64,000 bases of DNA from Mobula birostris. Lineage: Eukaryota. The stretch lies in the NCBI RefSeq assembly GCF_030028105.1, contig NC_092379.1, positions 26,715,821-26,779,820 on the forward strand, given 5' to 3'. Positions 1 to 9,036 of the stretch are shown one piece after another (positions within the stretch are counted from its first letter, which is position 1; the number at the start of each line of letters is the position of its first letter). The translations under genes were made by a program, and so were the position numbers. A model generated the notes under the pieces. That model searched no databases. It had not been told where the DNA came from and saw nothing but the letters and a program-made list of their open reading frames with translations.

Positions 1-260
1 CAATGTGGGCGTCCTAGCACAAAGATACATAGCGAAATCTGAAACGAGAGATCCGGTGATGTTGAAAGTAAAATGCCGACAATTTCTGTTGGAACGACAG
101 GAAAACCTGTCTGGCAAATCGGGAGATCGTTATTGGACATTAGGGCTGAGCCTAGGAGGGAATGCGGAGCTTAGGAGGGGTAATGCCTCCTGGGGGCGAC
201 TCCTTCGCTTCCTCCTTCGGAAACCGCTTTTTTTTCAACGTTTAATATCCTTATTTTTGC
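1..260 (-). pseudogene. TCR alpha/delta-type V relic a (copy 1), FR3 and RSS heptamer retained
   Basis: Minus strand reads RSPDLPDRFSCRSNRNCRHFTFNITGSLVSDFAMYLCART, then CACATTG (7-1, window edge). FR2 has stops and a frameshift; Cys23/Trp41 not recognisable. Confidence 0.7.
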
Positions 261-487
261 CATTCAGGGCTCTTTTGAAAAACCCTGACCCGGAGTTTCA
301 CACAGGCTTCATTTTTTTTTTCTTTTTTTTTTTTGCGAGAATGGGACCGGTACTCAGGGTTGTATGACTGGCTGTTATTCAGCCTTCCACGGGTTTTGCC
401 TAAGAGCCTCGATTGTCTTTGGAAGCATAAGATCTCGGAGCTCTGGAAAAGCAGGGGATAGATGGTCGGTGTCACGTCAGAAGAGAC

Positions 488-760
488 ATGTGTTGTCGGA
501 GACGCCAGAAAATATCTCGCTGTGAGCACGAAGACCCGAGGTCTTTGAAATCTTCGGACACAGAGCTCGAAATAAAACGACAAAAAGGACTTTTAACACC
601 GCAAACCAGCGGGATGTTGTGATGTCCACCTCTCGCCATGAGAATGCAGGACATCTCCCTCTCACTTGCCAGAGAGAGAGAGAACTTGCAGTTTTTCGAA
701 TGTCGGATGAAATGCGAGCCACTGGATAACTTTGGACTGTGTCCTTGCTATCGCTTACGT
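488..760 (-). pseudogene. Heavily decayed V relic b with RSS-like signal
   Basis: Minus strand DTVQS..LSLWQVRGRCPAF..RALCPKIS (LCLTISN in copy 3), then CACAGCG (524-518) + 21 nt + ACAACACAT (496-488). YxC motif absent. Paralogues near 47.5 and 61.85 kb. Confidence 0.4.
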
Positions 761-914
761 CACGCTTGTGCTCGCGTGCACTTTTTGTTTGGCCAGTGGA
801 GGAAGGAACGACTTTTGTTCACTGCCGCCTACGCGCAGGAGGGTGGGGCTGCGGGGTGCGGGGGTTCACAGGTTTAACAGTCGTTCATTATTTATGGCTC
901 CACTCTGTTTCCGT

Positions 915-1284
915 TGGTGTTTGCGAAGCAAAAGCATTTCAGAATATATATTGTAGACATTTCTGTGATATTAAAATGGACCTTTAAAACTTTGTACCGT
1001 TGTTTTCTTTTTTGAAATTTCAGCGGTGTCCCGTGTAACTTGGTGTACCAACGAGCAGTACCACTGTCTTAAGCTGCGGAATAGGTTCGGGTGATGGTTA
1101 CCGTTGGCCCTTCCTGTGTCGGCAGTTCAGGCGGTTTCTGGGATACTATTTTCTCGCCACAAGGTCCTGCAAGAAAGCACAACACAGTAGAATTCAAAGC
1201 CAACGTCTGCACACCAGATTTTTAAAGTGTAGACCCAGCTGGAAGCACGAGAATTACGAACATTGCAATATGTGCGATCTTGTC
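915..1284 (-). pseudogene. TCR alpha/delta-type V relic c (copy 1) with leader exon
   Basis: 46-nt leader-like exon 1284-1239 (KIAHIAMFVILVLPG; initiator lost, donor mutated to CTGGGT). Acceptor TTCTTGCAG at 1167, then GPCGEKIVSQKPPELPTQEGPTVTITRTYSAA*DSGTARWYTKLHGTPLKF; Cys23 lost, FR3 partly deleted. Confidence 0.75.
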
Positions 1285-2106
1285 TTGAAGGGCGATAACT
1301 TAACGTGTTCATGTCCATCTATGAGAGCACACAGATGAAATATAATTGTTTAATTTTGCAGATAAATAGCGTTCTCCTAGTTCAGGATTGGTCTGTCACA
1401 AAAATAAGACAGGTTTGGCACAAATCATCTTTTCCCATGTCATTTGATGCACGTCTTTCAGAGCTACATTACAATTTTAAACGTACCACAAAATAACGGA
1501 ACAAGTTAGCAAGTAGCTGGAGTGTTAGTACAGCTCATTGAAATGTCCACTTTAACTGTGGTGATTAACATGGGCAGTTGCTGCATGACGGATTTTCTCT
1601 CTCTCTAATTTGGCGCAAAGTACATATAATACTAGATTAAAAATGTATTACTCTGGCCTTGTTATGTGGGAATCGTTTACTTGTCCGTCGAAAGCTGCTA
1701 GGAAAATAATCTTCAGAGTTGGCGGAGCGCACGCGCTCTCTGACCGATGTATCAAGTTCGCTGAGGGGTGAATGTTGTTGTTTGAATAACCTGGGTGTTT
1801 CACAACTTCGTATTCGGCAGCACAGTTGATACGGCAATTTTACTTGTGGGTATGTACGTTTCTGCTAATTATGATTTAATCGCGATGATATTTAACTATA
1901 TAAATGTCGTCGTTGTCCTCGCAGAGACTTGGACAGAGCACAACAACGCTTCGCTACGTGTTTCTATTCGGCATTCCCTGAGAAAATCGACGGTCAAGTC
2001 AACTGACTCAGAAGACTAGCGGTATTCGTTTAATGTTGAGATGTTCCTTTTAGCGCAGTGTAGACTTCGTTTTCCATTTTATAGTTTTCGTTAACGATTC
2101 TGTTTG

Positions 2107-2436
2107 GCCTTGCGTACATTGCTTTATTTTCCATTTTACACTGATCGCATTGAAGTCTGTGAACTATCGACCTGCTTCAATTGCCTCTCACACCGCACTT
2201 GGGCCATATCTGAACCTGCTAACAGGGTGACCTCGACGTTTTGTCGAATCTTTCACTGCTTCAGAATACATGATCGACGTGCGCATTCGCAGTCAGTGTC
2301 TTCTGGTTCACTCTATTCCTGGGCCCCTTCTTTCATGATGGATACCTGCAATGATAATTAAAACAGACAACAACTAAGTGTTAAACACTTTACATTCAGA
2401 AAAAAACAGAAAACATTCAGCTATTTTAGTCGGCAT
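2107..2436 (-). pseudogene. V relic e (copy 1) with IgH-V-like motifs
   Basis: Phase-1 43-nt leader 2436-2394 (MPTKIAECFLFFSE), GT donor, 48-nt intron, CAG acceptor. 200-nt exon 2345-2146: IHHERRGPGIE*..IMYSEAVKD..LKQVDS. Then ATCAGTG + 23 nt + ACGCAAGGC (2145-2107). Confidence 0.5.
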
Positions 2437-2518
2437 GTAATGTTTGATGCAAGAGTGTAAATTGAAGATGTAAATATTCATTAATATCTGAGAAAAGTGG
2501 TGCCGGGATATTATCTGA

Positions 2519-2590
2519 ATCTCTCTCTCTCTCTCTCTCTCTCCCTCTCTCCCCCCTCCCTCCCTCTCTCACTCTCCTCTCTCATACTCT
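2519..2590. repeat. (CT)n microsatellite
   Basis: Direct reading; paralogous tracts near 49480 and 63833. Confidence 0.9.
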
Positions 2591-2639
2591 CACTTGTCCA
2601 TTTAACGCAAAACTTTTCTTTTTTTCCATCGTTAAGTAT

Positions 2640-2950
2640 AGTACAGGAAAGATGCGATTACACATTACAACGAGAGAGGTATGATTAGTGGTGAAGCCAA
2701 TTGCATATCAAAGTCTTCAATTATTTCGGACTCAGACGATGTAAACATGAAAACATAACCAAAATGCTAGACCACAACCATTAGTACGATTAATGTGAGT
2801 CCAATGATTGAGAGTTCTCATCGTGTGGCCCTTAACCACAGACATTCCATGACCTACTGAGTCAGACAATAGCTGGCTTCTGAGACATAAATGTACCCCA
2901 GTAAGTAACCGTACATTGGGGAAGATGAGCGCCAACAACTGCATGCATGC
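2640..2950 (-). pseudogene. V relic f (copy 1), related to the 33.8-kb V
   Basis: Leader-like MQLLALIFP + GTACGG donor (2914), acceptor at 2857, exon GHGMSVVKGHTMRTLNHWTH..GCGLAFW (cf. SHGNSV..YALYW). The 3' end is removed by an ~80-bp deletion relative to copy 2. Confidence 0.6.
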
Positions 2951-3255
2951 CGCTGTTCCCTAGGATCAATGACTTAAATGAAACAATTCATGTTGGCTCA
3001 GTTTTGAATGACCGAGATGGATCAGTAGTTGATCGGGTTAAATTTAGCAGCAGATTTATGAATCCAATGACATTTCATATTACAGTGAACATTGGGAGTT
3101 GTATAGCTTTGCTCATTTTATTTGCTTCTCCTGTGCACCCTTACATCTTCATTCATTCTTTCCGATCAGCAAAGTGCAATGCGATCGGGCGCCCCCTGGA
3201 GACTGTGCCTCTGTGTTTTCTCTCCAGGTCTGCAGTTGTTATAAACCAATATGTT

Positions 3256-3687
3256 CGCCATGGGCAAGGATACATGGCAGAATCGGAGACGAGCGCCCGG
3301 CGATTGTTAAAGTTACATGCCGACTACGTGTGTCGAAGAGAATAGAAAATCTGTCTGAAAAATCGGGAGGCCATTCCTTGCAACCGCTGCTCAGTTTCCT
3401 TAATTGAAATTTCGGAGCTGTCCCAGGAAACTGTGCGGACCAATATGCAGTACCGCTCCCGTCTGCTGCGGAATAGTTGTAGTTGAGAGTTAGGGTCTGC
3501 CCTTCCTTAGCCAAAAGTTGAAGCTCTTTCTGGGATACTGGTTCCTCACCGCAAGCTCCTAGAAGGAAACAGGACACAATTAGTAGTCTGAGGTTAAATC
3601 AAAGCCGAGGGGCGCACATCAGCTTCGTAACTTTAGACTCACCTGGAAGGAAGATGACATTCTCCTACGTCATCTGCTGCACATCAT
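3256..3687 (-). pseudogene. TRAV: TCR alpha/delta V pseudogene g (copy 1): C23Y, frameshift, dead RSS
   Basis: V exon 3558-3256: GACGEEPVSQKELQLLAKEGQTLTLNYNYSAADGSGTAYWSAQFPGTAPKFQLRKLSSGCKEWPPDFSDRFSILFDTRSRHVTLTIA, then a 1-nt deletion before ALVSDSAMYPC. GTGAGT donor at 3642; leader has an in-frame TAG; heptamer AACATAT. Confidence 0.85.
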
Positions 3688-3692
3688 TCGGA

Positions 3693-3986
3693 TGTCTTGA
3701 GTGCACAGAAGTCCCGTTTAAGTCGCCTTAACATTGTCTTCAAGGCATGAATTTTGACGCTAAGAAAGCGACCATTGCCGAAGAACAATTCGTAATTTTA
3801 TCCTCAGCGTTAGGGCAGCGTACGAGCAGTCGAGGCGATGCACCTGTTTCGTGAAGATTCACTGTCGTAGTTTATGTACCTTGGGGGATTTGAAAGTTTG
3901 TTCCAATCAGTGATCGATATGCTTATTCGTAATCAGTGTATACTCTCTCACTCACAAATCCGTACCCCTGCTTCCACATTAGAGGT
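3693..3986 (-). pseudogene. Decayed V relic h abutting the leader of g
   Basis: Acceptor TTTCTCATTACAG at 3987, WNKLSNPPRYI (FR2-like), FFGNGRFLSVK, and DFCALK ending directly at the leader of g. Three in-frame stops. Paralogue ~51172-51463. Confidence 0.4.
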
Positions 3987-4145
3987 CTGTAATGAGAAAT
4001 GAAACGTGCAACGGCTGGCACAATATATTCAGCAAACGTCAGAAAACACTCCGCAGGCCCGTACGGAATGACTGATGCCAGACGTAAATTTGAGATGTTT
4101 ATTGTATTTACCATTTGAGTTAACGGTTTAACCGTTGTTGAGACG

Positions 4146-4165
4146 TTTTTTTTTCTGTCTTTCCT

Positions 4166-4197
<32 letters not shown>

Positions 4198-4262
4198 ACT
4201 CTCTCTCTCTCTCATCCCTCTCTCTCCTTCTCTTTCTCTCTATCTCTCTCCTGTATCTCTCT
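4146..4262. repeat. (CT)n-rich microsatellite
   Basis: Direct reading. Confidence 0.9.
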
Positions 4263-4377
4263 TTATTTCAGTCACTTACACCTTAAAAATTCCAACTGGG
4301 ATCCATACTTGATTTTTTTTGTTTGTTTCTCTGTCTCCAGCACGTTTGTCACAGATGGAGACTGACCACTTGCATTT

Positions 4378-4570
4378 ACATAGAGAAATATAAAACCTAC
4401 AGTACAATGCAAGCCTTTCGGCCCACAAAGCAGTTGCAAACGTGACCTACTCTACAAATTCTCCAGGGTTACCCATAGTCCTCTATATTTCTAAGCTCCA
4501 TGTACCAATCCAGCAGCCTCTAAAAAGACCCTATTATTTCCACCTCAACCACCGCCGCCGGCTGCAACTC
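4378..4570 (-). mobile_element. CR1-type LINE 3' end fragment
   Basis: CATAGAGAAATATAAAACCTACAG..GCCTTTCGGCCCACAAAGC resembles the CR1 tail type seen at 13533. Paralogue ~51838-52035. Confidence 0.6.
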
Positions 4571-4859
4571 TGTATACATCTCTCTTTTTAAAATGCAGAA
4601 GTTGTTGAATGACATTATACGAGATTCCTGTCCCATCGTTTTCTTTACAGGAAAACGTATTTCAATTCCACCGATTGCAATATATTCAGGAAAACAGATT
4701 CGTAAATATAACATTTTTGGATTGAATCCTCTTCATTTTTAAGTCCTTCACATACATGAGGAGTAAATCTTCACGTTATGTCTCTGTTTAAATGTACAAA
4801 GTGCTATCATAGTCATTTATAATAAGTAGAAGAGTCAAAGTAAAATGGAAATACACACG

Positions 4860-5035
4860 GCAGCGTGAGTTAATCAGTCTGTTGGACTGCTGGAAGGAGC
4901 TGTCCCGGAACTTATTCGTCCGGGATTTTATGCTGCGTTACCACTTTCCGGATGGTAGCAGCTGGAATAGATAGTTTTTGAGGTGACTACGGTCCCCGAT
5001 CATCCTTCGGACACCTTATCACAGCGGTCTTTGCA
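4860..5035 (-). mobile_element. Rex/Babar-like LINE 3' fragment
   Basis: CGTTACCACTTTCCGGATGGTAGCAGC is the reverse complement of an LLPSGKW/LLPSGRR-type tail like that at 44.6 kb. Confidence 0.4.
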
Positions 5036-6366
5036 ATGCCAGAATCTCGTTTAAATTCAGCACCGGGCCAATTCTGCTACACACGTTCTCACAAGCACTG
5101 GGTGCACAGACAATGCCCCCAAACAGCTCTCACCCGCTTCCTCCAGGCAAAATAGAAACACTGCCCGCCTGAGCAGTGTCCGGACACATCAATATTAACG
5201 ATTCACGACCTTCTGACACCCATACATTGGCCTCCAGTTTCACTGAACAATTATCTTCTGGATAATCACCGGCACTGGTACTCCCAATCTCTAGTGCCCT
5301 TAATATTGTCAAGGGTAAATGCTGCAGAAACCGATTGTAAAACGAACTGTACAACAACTTGACCTGCGCCACGGTGCCGAGTATGCCTGTAGCATAGCTT
5401 CCATCTATCCGTATCGACACCCGAAGGCGTTGTCCCTCTAAGCCTTCAGGAATAGCCTTTTTTTTTTCCTTTCGAGATTTCCTTGGTATATTGCCAGGAA
5501 CGTGCTCCCCCAGAGACACAAGCCGTTCCCCCACTGGGCATCCACTAAGTTTCCCGACTCCTCTCTGATCAGCTGAAGAACTGAGGAAGGAGCTGATCCC
5601 CTTAACTGATCCCCCGGCACTGCAATCAATTTATCTGCCCCCACCCCCCTGCCAGAGAAGACACCCTGAAAACTTTCCACCAATCTACTGACACAGGTAT
5701 GGAAAGCCCGCCAGCTGCTGCATTTTACTGTCAGTCGAACCAAACGCATTTCCGCCCACTTTCAGATAACTGACAGCTGTCACTACGGGGTAATTGGTAC
5801 TGACAGTTCTGACAACGTCAACCGCCCACCTATCCTAACTTCCAGCCTATCCCTGTCGTTTCCCTCAGCCAAGCATGGCCTCTGATCTGACAACTGAGAG
5901 GTTCGTTCCACCCACGCCCCTGCTCCTTTAAGGGTGGACATTATCCCAAAATACAGGCGGAGGTTGCCATAGCTGGAACATTTATTCGCAGACAATACCT
6001 CCGAATGAGACCGTTCCCATTCTTTGCTCTCTCTCCTAACGGTATGGACAGCCCATGGCCTCGCCTCACCTGAGGCATCAATAGACACGGGCAGTTCCAC
6101 CGCCATCTCGTAAGCGCTAGTGTGAACTCTAAAAAAGACCTCTGGGGTACCAACAGCCACTCCACCGAAAACGCATGCAGTAATAGTCAACATTCCCACA
6201 GAAGTACACGATCTTTCCGCCCCATCAGCATGCATAATTTAAACAGGGCGATCAGACAGCATCGAACTAAAACCAATCCCAGAAAAAGGCCCCATAATTT
6301 AGCCTCCTGATCAGCCTCATGCTCGCTCAGCTCGCTTTCGTCTAGGGGGGAGCTGCCTTCTTTCTG

Positions 6367-6934
6367 TGTAATCAATGTTGTGTGAATACCGTGTGATATA
6401 CCCGTCACAGACAATTAACAGACTGCACACAATGTACGATTTAGAGATTACACTTTATCGATCTTACTGGAACTATGTAATTGACAGTGATACAATATTG
6501 AAGGACAGTAAAAGGCGCCGAAATGATCTGAATTCAACCACTTCGTGCACAATCGTTGGAGCTCAATTAACGGGGTCCTCTTTCCAACATTAGATCCCCT
6601 CCAACCTCCTTGACCAGCCGGCTGGGACCAACCACGGTGGTCGACCAGAGCGCGTCCAGCATGTCGCTGCTGTTCGGTTCTCCTCCAGACAATCCCTCGG
6701 CCTCGGACTCCCTCTTCTGTCCGATCCTCGCCCAGCTTACAGCATTTCTCTTATCGCGTCTCGTCTCTCTGTCCCTATCGCGCCTTCTATCCAAAGCACG
6801 TGAAAACAATAGCTTACAAACACACAAGAAAGAATAGCATCTATCCCAATCGGTTAACAAATGAATACAATTCCCGTTATCAGTAATTATAACCCAAACA
6901 AGCTGTTACCGTTAACTCAGCAGTTAACATTACA
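6367..6934. mobile_element. Possible solo LTR
   Basis: Termini TGTAAT...ATTACA (6-bp inverted repeat); flanks TCTG/GCTG match 3 of 4; no coding capacity. Confidence 0.35.
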
Positions 6935-7089
6935 GCTGTTACTTCTGATTTTAATGTGTAGCCATTTTATTAAAACATAAAAAGAAGCCATTTTATTTTC
7001 CTGAGCACTAACATAAAAGACGAATCTCCTTACATATTCAAACATCATCAAAACTTGCATTTTTTTAATATGGTAATAGAGTTTCTCAT

Positions 7090-7420
7090 GAACATCCCTA
7101 TCTAAATTTTGTGGGTCTTCCTATACATCGAATATTATTCCTTTATCCTGATGCTTTAAATTTCTCACCCAGCTGTCTTGAATGAGTCTCGGTGTATCTT
7201 GTATCATGAATAACCCTGCATTTATGTTATTTCTAATGTATTTGGCTGCTCATCCACTTACGATCTTGCCTTTGTTTCCCAAGTGAAGCATACCGTTGAA
7301 TACTATGCTCATCACAATCTCAGAACCCAGCCTTGTTCAGTTATTGCTATTACGTCATGCTTCTCCGCACTTCCATTTAATTCCAGCTCATTTATTTTAT
7401 TCTTCGTACTTCTTTCATTT
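7090..7420 (-). mobile_element. Decayed CR1 endonuclease fragment
   Basis: Minus strand NKINELE..EKHDVIAITE, an APE N-terminal motif. Confidence 0.5.
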
Positions 7421-7960
7421 AAACAAGGCTTTCTTGGTTTATGATTGATGTTTTTCCAGCCTTTTATAACCGATTCTATAATCGATTTCCATACCTTAGG
7501 CCGGTGCGAAACATAAAGGAGATAATTTATGTTCTATGCCCTCATCGAAATTACGAACGACTGCACAGAATCATATACCGCTACACGCACTTACTTCTGA
7601 TTTTAAGGTACAGCATTTCAACGATCAGATATATTCTAATAATCAGCAGAGTCTGCAGGAGACTGCTGTCACAGAAAATATAAAGCCAGCCAACTGAGCA
7701 ACAGCTGCAAAGTGGGGAAAAAACACTATTATTTTTCATCATCGCAAAAACATGTCTCCTGCTCTTGTCAACAGATGACTTACTTTATTTCTTAAGGTCT
7801 CTGATCGCTTTTAATAGCTACATCGATACTTCTAACTAAAATGACCGAAATATTATCGGCAAAGCAAATGGATGCAAGAGGTAACTTACATCACATTTTC
7901 TGTCTTTTACGTCAAAAAATGTGCATGTTAATGCAGGCGTACGATAAATTCAACGCCATT

Positions 7961-8925
7961 TCTCATAAGGGGGCAATGGAAGCGGACCCACATGCAGGAT
8001 ACAGACATTGAACTACTAGGAACTGGGCTATGTTGATAAATAATGCTAGGGAAGCCAAGGAGCGAGGATAAGAGGATAACACGAAGGTAGACGAAAAGTG
8101 AAAAGCTGGACCTGGACTTGGACTTGGGACTTGAACTTGTCAGGGAACTCAGATCGTGACTGGGAACTCGGGTCTTGGCATGGACTCGGTACCTGGGTCT
8201 AGACTTGGCTTTAGACTAGACCTAGGACTTGGCTTGGACTGAAATTTGACTTGGCTTGGACTGGACTCGGAGTTGACTTGGGCCTGACTCGGACTTGGCT
8301 TAGATTGAATCGGACTTGGCTCGGATATGGCTCGGACTTGACTTGATCTTGACCCGGACTTGGCTTGGACTTGACTCGAACTAGACTCGGATTTCGAACT
8401 TGGCTGCCGACTTGGATTTGAAACTTGGCTCTCAACTTGAACTTGGAACTTGACTCTTGACTTGGACTAGGCTCAGACTTGACTTAGACACAGGACACAG
8501 AATACTGAGCCGGGGTTCCTCCATGGGCATATCAAATACAGCCGGGATTCTTATTAGACACAGGACACAGAACACTGAGGTGGGCTCCACCTTGGACACA
8601 GGACATAAAGCCGGGATTCTTCTTAGACACAGGACACGGCATACTGAGCCGGGACTCCTCCTTGGAAACAGGACATAGAGCCGGGACTCTTCTTAATCAC
8701 AGGCAGGAAACAATGAGAACGTTCCATGCACATGATAGGGTCAAACGACCGTACCTACCCAGCGGAGGAGAGAATACGGAGAGTCAAAACAACACAACGA
8801 TAGACTGTTCTTTATTTCTGATAGGAAAATACTTCAAGTAGGGGCAAGCCCTCGATGCGGCCTAGGTACTATAGACAGTGGTCCTAGTCTCACTCCGGCG
8901 GGTTAACTTATTGCGGATTCTGACA
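7961..8925. mobile_element. LTR-like element with internal tandem repeats
   Basis: Termini TCTCA...TGACA. Degenerate GACTTG/GGCTTG hexamer array ~8108-8480 and ~60-bp GACACAGGACAC..GCCGGGA repeats ~8480-8700. Confidence 0.45.
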
Positions 8926-8928
8926 AGA

Positions 8929-9036
8929 TTACTGACGGGGTTAGTGACGAGGTACTGACGAGGTCACTGACGAAGTTACTGATTATGTTACTTTCAAGGT
9001 TACTGATGATGCTACTGACGAAGCTACTGACGAGGG
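8929..9036. repeat. 12-bp minisatellite (TACTGACGARGT), ~9 copies
   Basis: Direct reading. Confidence 0.85.

Larger units (their letters stand above)
1..6165 (+). repeat. Segmental duplication block A, copy 1
   Basis: Colinear with 46958-53593 and 61331-64000: position 1 matches 46958 and 61331, and the same ORF translations recur in the track. Confidence 0.95.

Noticed and set aside
5040-6350. Minus-strand ORFs of 134, 103 and 150 aa
   Set aside because: No recognisable motif; broken differently in copy A2 and cut by the duplication breakpoint. Probably a decayed repeat that I could not classify.
8108-8700. Regular repeats as a possible CRISPR-like or coding array
   Set aside because: Degenerate contiguous repeats without unique spacers, in a vertebrate LTR context.
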